A stretch of DNA of 64,000 nucleotides from Octopus sinensis. Lineage: Eukaryota. The notes beneath the pieces were generated by a model. The model made no database searches, was not told the origin of the DNA, and saw only the letters and a list, made by a program, of their open reading frames with translations. Shown here in pieces: positions 27,150-39,049 of the stretch (within the stretch, counting starts at the first letter, position 1; every line of letters starts with the position of its first letter). The position numbers and the translations under genes were made by a program. The stretch is from assembly GCF_006345805.1 (NCBI RefSeq), contig NC_043009.1:70432001-70496000 (forward strand). The letters run 5' to 3'.

Positions 27150-29100
27150 ACTCTCTCTATCTCTATCCTGCTGTCTTTTTCAATTATTTTGCAGATAATC
27201 CGCTTGATTTGCGCCGTCCAGATTCTCTCTTTGTATCCCCTGACACCTTTATCATACCAAAGGGACCCTACCAGTTGGTACATTGGCATCTACATATAGC
27301 ATGCAACTAGTATACCTTCATCGCTGTAAGAATGTGAAGGGGTCCTCCTTCGTAAGGTGAAAGGGATTTCTAAGAAAAAGAAATGATTAGAGAAAAAGTT
27401 TTCTTAGAAAATGAAATTGTGAAGAAACCAACTATGATAGAAACTACGAAATTTAAACATAGGGTAATTATTTACGCAGTTTTAACCCATCTTGATTGGA
27501 AAATGGCCAAGCACTGATAATTTTTCTAAAATTCCGAGGGAAGCTCCAAACTGAATGGAAAGCTGCAAGTGATGGAGTGATTGGAAGCAAGATAACATAA
27601 AGTTGCATCATGATGAAAAATGCGAAGAAAATAAAAAAAAGCTGTTTCTTAGGATATAATTCGAGTGACTCTTCATTTAGAGACGAGCAGATTGGATCCA
27701 CTCCTTGATATAGATCTGCACATGTATATGTATAAATTCATTCTAGAGAATATATCATCTCCGAATACATGGGCTCCTAGTATCCTTGCCTCGACATCTA
27801 ACTACGCCTTCCTTTTGAAGTGCACACACCCACACCCACACACTCAGCCATGTAAATGGATCGCCATTGATTTCAACGTTGCACAATCAGTTATTAGAAC
27901 CAATGAAGTCTCAACTCATTCAAAAAGCATGTCAATGAATAGGACCCAAACACTTTTAGCCCCTTGATGCAATCTCATGCAGAGTCAGCTTTAAGCACTG
28001 ATATAAAGTACCATTTTTTTCAATTCCATATTAAACATGCCCCACCACCTTCCGCCACCTGATTTCGCTCACCTGGTTTGGGTTGATTGTCATGCGTAAG
28101 TGTATTTTACTGTAGTCTCGAGGTTACCAGGGTAACAGACACGTGACCAAGTTTCTAATCAATGGGATTGAACCCGGTATCTCATGCTATGCAACTCTTA
28201 GGGCACTCTGCGTCTACAATGTACTTACATGTATGCAGATATATACGCAGTTATAAATGTGAACAATAGCACTTTAAGTGCGTAAGCTGTTTTATATACC
28301 CACATTTATACATTCCTAAATAAAAAACGCACACAGAAGTCTTTACGGGCCTTGTGACCATCATCAGTTTGCTAGGATTTTAAATATTTATCTCTTAATT
28401 TTAAAGTTTCCGGAAATGGGAAGCTGTGAGGCTGATTTCCTTTCAAAAGGGAAGCCTTTTCGCTTCTTGCTTTATATTTTTGTTCTGTATCGCCGCACAA
28501 AGCGGTCTCGGCCAGAATAACTCGGTTTTTAGTAGTACATAGAAATAAATTACCAAATGTGTCCTTCCTTCTGCAGGAACATTATTTGAAGATGCTTTAG
28601 CTGCTATTTGTAGCTAAAATAACCTTTCATAGATATCTAACAAGAATTCTTCAGAACTATTTTCCTACTTATAAAACATTCTGGCTAATGATCAAAGTAG
28701 GTTGGAAAAGAGGATGCTTCGCTGATTATGTCTTAGAGATAAAGATATGCCGGTAGTTATCCCCTCCACTGCTAGTAGTTCTGCCTTCTTGCATAAAAAT
28801 TCAATTTTCTGTGAAGTTATTTCGCTATTTCTTGAAATCGTCTATGCTTTGATCTGAAATATGCTAACACCTAACGCAACGATTTCGTTTGCTTTCTTCA
28901 AATAAGAGGCCTGTTATAATTCATTTAGATTGTTTTGCATAGGTTATTCAGTACATCACTGCCTTCCTGCATCATATGTTTATATGTTTATTGATCTGCT
29001 TGGGTTACTTCCAACAGCCTACGACTCATAATTTATTCACTTCAATAGAAGTGTAATCCAGCACGGTGCTGAAAGTATAGCGCTGGAATATATGCGATGT

Positions 29101-30140
29101 TACAAGGGTTGTACCAAAAGTGAGGTACAAGAGGGCGTAGCTTTTTATTAAATGACAGATACCGTTCAAGTTGTGCATGTTGGTAGACTAACTTTGTCTC
29201 TATACAATGGTACAACTCAACGTAGAGTCCATCTGATGCATTTACTCCTTTGTTGCACCAAACTCTCGAATTCTCTTTTTAAAAAAAATCATCTAAGCTA
29301 TGTTGTAAATACATCCACAGGGTCACTTTCTCTTCGGTTGTATCAGGAATTCGTTTTCCTCGGAGATTTTCTTTTATGGAAGCAAAACGGTTGAAATGGT
29401 TGGGTTCCAGATCTGAGCTATACTGCAGAAGGAGACCACTTGCCATCCCGCTTCGCCAGTTGCCTCATGTGTTCCCAAATGTGTGTCTGACTGCTCATAG
29501 TCATACTGAAAGTAGATATCTTCAAACCCTTGTTTCGTTTTTTGTTGCCCCCTCTCTGTGGTTTCTTTGGGATATCATAGTTTCTTCACGCACCGCTTTG
29601 CAGTTCACACTAGAGCCACGTTCGAAAATATCGTGGCGAATAACATGCATTTATATAAAAATAAAACCGTCTCCATGGCTTGTTGTCCCGATCACTGGTT
29701 GTTGAAATCCTTAGGAAACGTATGGTTATTTCATGAACTGAAATGTAGCTGCTCAGAGCTGATTCGCACCCTTAGTTCCTCTAAACTGGCGACAGACTGT
29801 AGAGTTACCAATTTTGCGCACATTTTTCAAAGCTCAAAGTCTTCCACCGTCTTCTAGAATGCATTATGATCGCAATGCATTTGTATAGCAAACTCAATGT
29901 TTGTAAATCGCTTGCAATTAATACGTCTCTTGTTTGCAGATTTGTATCAGTGATGATCATTCAACGTGTAATTTGACTCTCTTTAAACATCTTTATCAAT
30001 CTGAACACATTACTTGTGTTAATGGAGTCAGTTCCGTAAATAATTTATAATCTTCAGTGTACTTGGGTCTACCTGCAAATCTTCTTTGTCAAGAACTCAA
30101 TGACGGCACGTTCCTTCTGGTCAGAATCTATCATGTATCT
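29101..30140 (-). mobile_element. Mariner transposon remnant (decayed transposase, one terminal repeat)
   Basis: N-terminus MIDSDQKERAVIEFLTK..IYG, C-terminus LQYSSDLEPNHFNRFASIKENLRGKR (like YSPDLAPSDFHLF..LK..LRGKRF); TA+CAAGGGTTGTACCAAAAGT end at 29101. Confidence 0.8.
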
Positions 30141-32397
30141 GCAATGAAGATTAGTTGGAAGAAGAATTACAATTGAAGAATTGTTTCTCTACCAAAATGT
30201 GAAATTTGTACGATTTATGTCGGTGAACATAAAAGATATACCCACGCTTGCATTAGTTTCGCAAAAACACCCGTGCAGGTATGTGCGTGAACTTGTGTGA
30301 AGCAGGAGGTGAGAAGCTACTAAGAATAACCGAATCTCCGTCCAAACACACTCTACAGTCTAGTTTCTTTTTAAAGAGACATGTGAATAACATTTCTTGA
30401 TATGTAAAAGCTTTAACACGTTCGTAACGCGAAAGACTCAAAAGTTCTTAATTATAGAGATGCTCAGTCAGGGCTCAGCCTCGCTAAAAGAACAACAATT
30501 ACACTTATGATATAATACCACTTCCATTACTTTAAAAGCTTGAAGTTTTACTTACTGGCCAAATGCTGTGTCACATCAACCTGGTAGACAAAAGTACTTT
30601 CTCTGCGATAGCTTTTTCCACCGATGACACGAAGCCACAAATATGAGGGAAGATAGGAGAACCGATATAATCGACCCCAGTAATTAACATTCTTTTCGAT
30701 TTCGGTAGAATAAGGGCAAAAGTTTTGCTTGAGGTGGCGTTGAAGTTCAGAACGTAAAACTGTTAGAAGTAAATATCATTACACTATGATGCTGATAGTA
30801 GCAATCGATATTGTATTTCACATTGTGTTTGCCTAGAGCCTAGAATCGACCTTTCTGTTTCACTTCAGCTATATTAACATATCTTACTTCATTAAGCAGG
30901 TTTTGTTTATAGATAAAGAAATAACACATTATTGATTCTTCAAGCCAAGTATGTTTCCTTTTATTAATTCCCTGGGTACACTAAGATTTCTTTTAAAAAC
31001 CGTTTAAGGTTTTTTGTTTTTCTTTTTAACAATACTTTAAAATATTGCTTTAAAGTTATGGAAAAACAATTCTTTGATATACATATTCTCCATTGTCTCC
31101 CAAGAGAACCCGGTCGCTGAGTTAAAGAGACAAATTGCTCTGAGAGAAAGAGAGAAGAGGGGGAGAGAAAGGAATAAAGAAGTCTGAGGGATTAAGCTAC
31201 ATTTAAGCAGACGATAATTCTGTCCCTCTAAACCCCTGTATTGTAATGATTAACTTCACATAAATGTTCTACAACACATAAAGATATATTTATCACATTT
31301 CTTTTTATTCTGAAACAGCTGTAAATCTACTTTAGACATTCCGTTATATATTTATTTATTGTTCTTTGAAGTCTTGTAATAATTTTCAGCTAAATGATCC
31401 AAACAGAAAATATATTTATCTTCTTTCTATACGTTGCCTTTCCATTTGGGTTATATTTTAGCCAGTAAAGTAGCAATTGTAGTGATGTTGGTATTGACTA
31501 ACATTACTCTCTAGTAAAATAGCAAAACACTAATAGCTTGTGATAATACTTTTAGCAATATTAGTCGGATTTCGCTAAAGCATAAAAGTAATGGCTGAAT
31601 AAGTATTAGACGTTCTATCGACATGATGGGAAAATGGCGGAAATTTCCGACATTAGAATTTTCGTAATTTGCCTTGTCATTGTACTGGGAATTATGCTGG
31701 CGTGATGAGAATGTTGATAATTATTTGAATACCCATTTAATTCACTTAAATCAACATTGCTGGCTGTTAAACTTTGTTTATGAGACATCTGTTATGATAT
31801 GACTGTTGTATTTATTGTTGTAAATGTTGCTATATCAGTTTAGTTTACACATTCTGTTATGTTTTCGAACAGATACAGAATCTTGGGAATTTGACATGGA
31901 AACCTGAGCACACACGGACATACACAAACGCACACATACACACACACTTGCACACACATTCACACATATATATAGATATATGTTTATATATATGCGCATA
32001 TATACATATATATATATATATACAAATATATAAATTCATACATAAATGTGTACGAACGTATATAGGTTTGTTTTTGTGAATCTGAAGTACGAATATCAAT
32101 TTAGATATTAGAAAACTTAGCTACGATTATGAGAGATATTTATGTGCGTTTATGTATAAGTGTATGCGCACGCTCTCGTAAGAATGTAATACTGTTAGAA
32201 ATTAAAAGCATCATCATAGGAATATATAATGTCGGTATGAAATGCAGGGACGACAACCCCAGAAGCCTTTAAGCAATTTGAAAACAAACAATTTCTTGTT
32301 GAGTAAATGCGTTTCTAATACTATGATTATAAATCTGGACACTTTAATTGTGGACAACAACCATGAAAAATGCTGTATTTGACGGGATTATGAATAC

Positions 32398-32538
32398 CTA
32401 CCTACCTACCTACATACATACCTACGTACATACATACATACACACATACATACATACATACATACATACATACATACATACATACATACATACATACATA
32501 CCTGCCTACATACATACATAATACACACACACACACAT

Positions 32539-32569
<31 letters not shown>

Positions 32570-32579
32570 CATATATATA

Positions 32580-32621
<42 letters not shown>

Positions 32622-32745
32622 AAGCACTCAGCTTTCACTGCTAAGCGCGTCATAGTTGCGAAACCAATGGGCACTCTCTGACCAGCCATAACTATCAATT
32701 TCCTAAAATACATACATATATGTATACATACATACATACATACAC
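32398..32745. repeat. Compound (TACA)n/(CA)n/(TA)n microsatellite block
   Basis: Direct reading. Confidence 0.9.
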
Positions 32746-34400
32746 ACCTACAGGTCAGGATAAATGTTATATGGTTGTGAAAATGGGGAAAACCATAAAC
32801 CAGACCAGTAACATCTCCATCTATAATTTGGCTGTTTCCCCTGTATCTGACGATGAATGTTGCAGGTACCTAGAAGTAGATGAAAATATATCTTACAAAG
32901 GCATCTGTAACAAAACACGTGCCACTAAGGAATATTACAGCCGAATAAAGAAAATTTGGACCTCAGAACTCTCTGCATTCAATAAAACAGTGGCCCACAA
33001 TATGTTTTGACAGTGGCAGTACTCATACCATTGTTTGGGCTGCTTGATTGGACACTTGATAGGATCCGAGCCATTGATGTGAAAACCCGAAAAATACAAG
33101 TTACACATAATTTCCACATAAACAGTGACGTAGACTGCCTCTTCATAAAACGTAGACATCGATCCAAAATGCCTTTAGATGTCGCAGCTTATCCCTTCGG
33201 CAACATCTTTTAACTACCAAATGTCGAAGTGCATCCTTGGACCAAGTTTGCATACATGAGCCTGATAACATCATAAGATTTGGAAGGCAGCTCCTTCAGC
33301 AACACTCTTTGTCTGATAACCTAGAATGCATGCCCAAAGAAGCAGCACGACTCTACCACAACATATCTGATGTAAGAATGCGACTATATGAGCAGAAGAT
33401 GTTAGTAGAAAGCTTCGTGATGATAGTAACATTGATCATCAAAGCAATTTATCATGAACCATTAGCTTTATTGCTACTTCCCACTTTGAAGGTTATGCGT
33501 TTGCAATCCAGGAACAGGAAATATCAACCAAATACCACAAAAATCATTGAGATGCGAGAAAAGCCGTAAAAATGTGGCAACCAATGCAGACTTTGTGGAG
33601 TTCACACTGAAGATATCACCCACATCATAAGCAGTTGTCCGAAAATGTCATCATGTTATTATCTACCGATGAGACATGACGTTGTATCTAGGACACTCTA
33701 TAATGAAATCCGTCGGAAGGATAATCCCGAGGACAATGAAATAAAAGCCCACAACATGATAGAAGCCATAGTCACTCATAATAAAAAGAAGTATTGGTGG
33801 AATGTCCAAGTGAAAACCCCAAAAGAAAGTAAACACAATATAGTTGATCTAATGATTTGGGATAAAGAGGAGAAACTGGGCACAGTTGTTGAAATTAGCT
33901 GCCCAGCGGATCTTAACATAAAGCTGGAGATCAGGGAAAAAGAGAACACCTATGCTGATCTGTTGGGAAATCTGCAGTTACTCTATCTAGATTACAAGTT
34001 AGGTATGTACCTCTAATAATTGGGGTCCTGGGATATGTAACACACTGCCTTAATACCAATCTTGAGAAATTAGGCTTCTCAAAACCAGAAAGGAGAAAGT
34101 TAATTCGAAGACTATAGATACAATCCATCAATGGAACTGTAAAAATCAGTAACACTTTCCTGAAGTTTATCATTTAAATATTTATAAACATGTCTAGATA
34201 TGCAAATATATGCATAAGAATACACATATAAAACATACAAACAAACAAACAAACAGAATCCTGTACTTGGAATGACCAAGTTTAAATACTGCTGGATCTC
34301 ACTCATAAGCTACTGGGATCATACATTATGTATAAACACTATACTTGGAAGGACCCATTTTAAATTCTGTTGGATTTTACTCATAAGGTATTGGAATATT
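32746..34400 (+). mobile_element. 5'-truncated RLE non-LTR retrotransposon (R4-like), second family, with 3' tandem repeats
   Basis: GQDKCY, YLEVDENISY, KKIWTSELSAFNKTVAHN, CRLCGVHTEDITHIISSC, RHDVV, DLMIWD..VVEISCPAD; frameshifted. Confidence 0.85.
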
Positions 34401-34540
34401 ACATATATATCATTCTGCCTAAAAAATTGATCTACAAATTCAATATCCTTACATATCTCATATCTATTTTCTTTCCTCCACCTCATTCTCTATTTTGTAT
34501 CCTATCTAAATTAATTATTACTTAACCATCCTCTCACACC

Positions 34541-34592
34541 GTCTCCAATGGAGGGATATAACTAATAAATAGCCTGGAAACAGTTGCAAGAC
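34541..34592 (+). ncRNA. Degenerate hammerhead-like motif in a PLE-like terminus
   Basis: GTCT-ccaatgg-...-GAAA-CAGTTG-CA-AGAC: stem I and near-palindromic stem III are kept, core is mutated. Confidence 0.3.
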
Positions 34593-34931
34593 CTTCTATC
34601 TATAAATGTTCTAATATCTACACAGCCTTGGTTTTTTTTATCTCATTACGTAAAAAATTCTGATATACACACGCTAACATATGACCAACGTTGAACCCCT
34701 TACTCGCAAAATTACCGAACCTAGAACTTAATTATGGTCTGTCTATAGCACTTATTCAGCATTACCTGACACCTTAGGGTCTCAATGACACCATTACCTC
34801 TTATAACCTCAACATATATATATATATTGGTAAAAACGGTAAGATAACAACAGAAAGAAAGAGACCTCAATATTATGAAAATAGAGGAATTTATCTGTAA
34901 ATATAATATGAGAAAATTATTCGGTATCCAA

Positions 34932-34992
34932 GATAAAACTCTGAGTTTCGGATGCCGATGTGGAAATCCACACCACCATCTCTTCAGTTATC
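34932..34992 (-). ncRNA. Type I hammerhead ribozyme motif with long stem II
   Basis: GATAA-CTGAAGA-gatggtggtgtggatttccacatcggcatcc-GAAA-CTCAGAG-T-T-TTATC; stem I GATAA/TTATC. Confidence 0.7.
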
Positions 34993-35327
34993 CGACCATC
35001 GGAAAAACGCTATGAAAAAAGACCGTTATACAAAGGGAAATTACTGAGGTATAGACCGCTATTTATACAAAAGCGCTAATTCGAATGACCGCTAATTAAG
35101 ATAAGTTAGAAAGTACATAGTAAACGCGTAAACTCCTCTGTTCATACGTACGTGGGTGTGCGAGCGCATATGTGTACGCATACATAGCTATAAAAACGTA
35201 CACATCTTAACACGCATCTTTCGCCAAATGTATATGCATATACATACAAACCCACACACACATACGCGCTCCGTAAAAGTTCATACATACGTCTACATGT
35301 TTTTTTCTTGTGCTTGTGCGTATGTAG

Positions 35328-35395
<68 letters not shown>

Positions 35396-35583
35396 GATAG
35401 ATAGATATATGTATGTATGTAAGTATGTATGTATGTATATATTCTATTCCTGAGCGTTATACTAATACATCTGTTTTGTACACCACCTGCCTTCGTCTTT
35501 TGTTTTTTTCTTAAACTCACCATGTGTATATGCACATATGTATGCATGAATGTGTGCATATATATATACATATATATATATGC

Positions 35584-35623
<40 letters not shown>

Positions 35624-36073
35624 GTGTGTGTGTGTATTCAGGATTCGAAACAATCAGGAATTTAAGTATTTGATAGTAAGAGTAAGACAGCAGAGTGGCG
35701 GATGACACACAGCTGTGTAATGAGAATGAGCACTGAGATATCGGTACTTACGAAACTAAACACGGATTTCTCCTTCCAGTAATGCATGCCATCACAAGTA
35801 ATAGACAAAATATACAAACTGCCATCAAATCATTCAAGGCTACACCATCTGCACATGTTCCCCCGTCGACGGCAGACTCCAGATGCTGAAATCGGATCGT
35901 CTGATTCATCTGGAATTGTGCTTTGTTTGGTGGGAAGTAATTGTTAAAATTTTTGATTTCTTACATTTATTCATCCAATGAAGACGTTTTTTCCCCTCTA
36001 TGATATAACACTTGTTCAGCAACAAAAACACATCTGGAACCTCAGTAGTGAACCACAAGCAATATCTGTGAAG

Positions 36074-36113
<40 letters not shown>

Positions 36114-36129
36114 GAACTATAATTGCTAC

Positions 36130-36332
36130 TTAAATGCGGCTAACCTTTAAGGATGGATGGTACTGTAGCTTGTAGCCCCAAGAAGACACCTCCTCCAGCT
36201 GGCTATTGGCACACTTTCTGTGCCCTATCAGTGTTTGCAAAGGGAAGCCATCCTTCCCATCTCCAACCTGACGTGATACACACGGACCCGAGTTTCTGGG
36301 TATTAACCCGTCATCAGCGTGTGACAATCGCC
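36130..36332 (-). mobile_element. Hammerhead-bearing repeat (retrozyme-like or PLE pseudo-LTR), 3' part
   Basis: Homologous to 38310-38392 (same orientation) and 38393-38560 (inverted). Confidence 0.8.
36279..36323 (-). ncRNA. Minimal type I hammerhead ribozyme, intact core
   Basis: CACACG-CTGATGA-C-GGGT-TAAT-ACCC-A-GAAA-CTCGGG-TC-CGTGTG: 6-bp stem I, GUC cleavage triplet. Confidence 0.85.
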
Positions 36333-38140
36333 TGTTTCTCTTTATTATAGGCCCAAGGCCTGAATCCAGAGGGGTCATGCACAAACATGCGGGACACAAA
36401 AACATATGAAAGAATGAATTACAATGAAAATGAGACGGTTTTCACGGTTTCGCTCCGAGACGAAGCCGTGATTTCTTTTTTACATTTAAACGTTCTTACA
36501 GTCTTTTCTTTTTTTCCTTTTTTTAGATTGTTCTTTTTCTTAGTCTTTTGGGGTTTTGGGGGATTTCTTTGATCGCTTTTTTCTTTTTTCTTTAAACTTT
36601 TTAACGGTCTATTTTCCTGTTTTTTTTTATATGAAGTACAAATTTTACTTACTTGATTTTAAATGTTCATAAAGGGCTTCAAATCTAATTTCACGACCGG
36701 TGGGAGCTCGTCAAACTCGACTTCAACCCCCAGCGGGTCTATGAAAAGTCCATACATCTCTCTCCATTTCAAAAATCTCTCTTTATCTATGACTATTCCT
36801 TTAGTGTATTCAGGATATTTTTTCTGGCGGCAGCTTTACTCTTATTACCGATTTATATCTTACAATCGTTTTCTCTATTTCTTTACTTTTGGTATACGTG
36901 ACCAAATGCCACTTGTATCTCTTCCTTTTCACTTCTGCTTGCTTCGGCTCCCGTCCTCATCTGTTCGAGCGAGCAGAAACATCACAACCAATTTTATAAA
37001 CGCTTCCTTTTTCTCCCTGTTGTAATGCTGCTTTTTCCTGTGTGCCTTCTTTCACTACTGCTTCTGTTGGTGTTTCACACCTATTTCTCTTTTCTTCCAT
37101 CACAATCTCTTTTAACCTTTTTTGACTGCCTGGGGGAGAATTCACTCGTTCCTTTCTCTCCTTCCTCTTTACTACTGTGAAGGATTCCTCCACTCTGTCT
37201 TTCTATTTCATTGGTACTACCTCTTCGGTATTGTTTTCTTCGCTTTTCCTCTCCTCTTCGTTTTCCTTCTCAGGACATCTTTCCCTTTCATGTTCCCTTT
37301 TTCTGCCGCATAGGAAGCATGTTGGTGGTCTTCCTTCTACTGTTATTCGAAGTCTGGTGTCTTCCGGGAGTATTATTTCCTCCGTTATACTATGCAAGTC
37401 TTCCAAAGATACTTCCATATTCACCTCGAGGCCATATCCCCCAAAAATTGACCTTTGGGGTCTTCGTTGAGGATCTCTACCCCATCATTCTTATCGTGCA
37501 TTATGGCTGCTACCAGCCATTCTTCCTCGATTTCGGGTGGCACTCTTCCGACTCTCACTCTGGCAACGCGTTTGCCACAGTACGTCGGAGTTGTATTATC
37601 CATTTCGTCTTCCGTAACGGGTCCGTGGAGTGGTTTATGGCATCTTCTTCGTTGCCAAACCACACTACCATTGAGCCATACTTTTTTCCACGTGTATAGA
37701 ATGTGGTCAATTTTTAAACATTTCTATCTTGTTCGAGGACGTAGACAACGTTCTGTATACTACCGTCCTCTTTTCTTCGCTTTCCATCAGTTCTTCTGGA
37801 GGAGTCAGCTTTAGACTGACTCCCTCCTTTTTTACAAATTTCTTTCTTACTTCCGCTTTCTTGTGTAAATTACTATTTCCTGTACTTCCAGAGTGTTAGC
37901 ATTTACTCCTTGTATCGTTGCCGCTGCGTAACTTTGTCTATTCTCCATCTCTCTTCCTTTCTTCACTCCTCCCGTAGACGGGGACTATACAGGTGCAAAC
38001 GATACAATGACTGAAATTCAACAATTTACACAATCCAACGAATCTCGGTTCACCCGCGCGAGGAAGCCTACAACAAACACATATCATCAGTATGTAACGA
38101 TTCGAACTCACATTGACGAAATCACTACCCACACCCATTA
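36333..38140 (-). mobile_element. 1.8-kb ORF1-only (HAL1-like) retroposon with 12-bp target-site duplication
   Basis: gtgacaatcgcc at 36321-36332 and 38141-38152; single gag-like ORF, A-rich 3' UTR, ends AATAAAAGAGAAACA. Confidence 0.75.
36659..37948 (-). pseudogene. Disrupted L1/Tx1-type ORF1 (zinc-knuckle nucleic-acid-binding protein)
   Basis: MENRQSYAAA start, RVARVRVGRVPPEIEEEWLVAAI, LRITVEGRPPTCFLCG..H....C, long E/K-rich tail, ends DELPPVVKLDLKPFMNI*; several frameshifts and stops. Confidence 0.7.
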
Positions 38141-38626
38141 GTGACAATCGCCGGCCGTCGATGGGAAATGGTTCGCAATGCAAATGTATATATCCTTTTT
38201 CCAATGACGAAAAGCCACTGATCTTGAAAAAGTGTAAACAAGCAATAATAAATCTCTGAGCGAGGTATACATAGTAGCTGCACGACATCGTGAAGTATAT
38301 TTACCACATAAATGTGGCTATCCCTTAAGGGTGAATGCTACTGTAGCTTGTAGCCCCAGGAAGACATCTCCTCCAGCTGGCTATTGACACACAGAAACTC
38401 GGGTCCGTGTGTATCACATCAGATTGGAGATTGGAAGGATGGCTTCCTTTTGCAAATACTGATAGGGCACAGAAAGTGTGTCAATAACCAGCTGGAGGGG
38501 GTGTTTTCTGGGGCTACAAGCTACAGTACCATCAACCCTTAAGGGTTAGCCACATTTAACTGGCAAATTTACTTCTCGATGTCGTGCAGCTACTATTTAT
38601 ACCTCGCTCAGAGATTTATTATTGCT

Positions 38627-38627
<1 letters not shown>
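38141..38627. mobile_element. Rest of the hammerhead-bearing repeat plus an inverted copy (foldback, ~152-bp arms 38240-38392 / 38476-38627)
   Basis: aagcaataataaatctctgagcgagg...ctattgacacac is mirrored; the loop begins with the half-ribozyme agaaactcgggtccgtgtg. Confidence 0.85.
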
Positions 38628-38662
<35 letters not shown>

Positions 38663-38724
38663 ATATAATATATATATATATATTATATATATATATATAA
38701 TATATATATTATATATATATATAT

Positions 38725-38770
<46 letters not shown>

Positions 38771-38783
38771 TATATATAGAGAG

Positions 38784-38822
<39 letters not shown>

Positions 38823-38852
38823 AAGACAGATAGATAGATAGATAGATAGATA

Positions 38853-39017
38853 TGTTTCTTTATTAGCCACACAGGGCTGCACACAGATAGAACAAATTAC
38901 AAGGTAGAGCTTTTCTTTTGAAGGTATTAAAAAAAAAAAAAAAAAAAAAAGGAAGGGGGAGGTTCGATCAAAAGGGATCGTAAAAGGAGAGAAAGAGGAC
39001 AAAAATAAGGGGGGTTA

Positions 39018-39049
<32 letters not shown>

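Noticed and set aside
35752-35909. Exon-like minus-strand segment with an in-frame TGA (CRWCSLE*FDGSLY), a possible selenocysteine
   Set aside because: No SECIS or selenoprotein similarity recognised; another frame is fully open; splice-like sites may be chance
38010-38140. HDV-like ribozyme (ttcctcgc) or tRNA-like A/B boxes (gagttcgaatc) at the 5' end of the ORF1-only element
   Set aside because: P1/P2/P3 helices could not be built and the box spacing is too short
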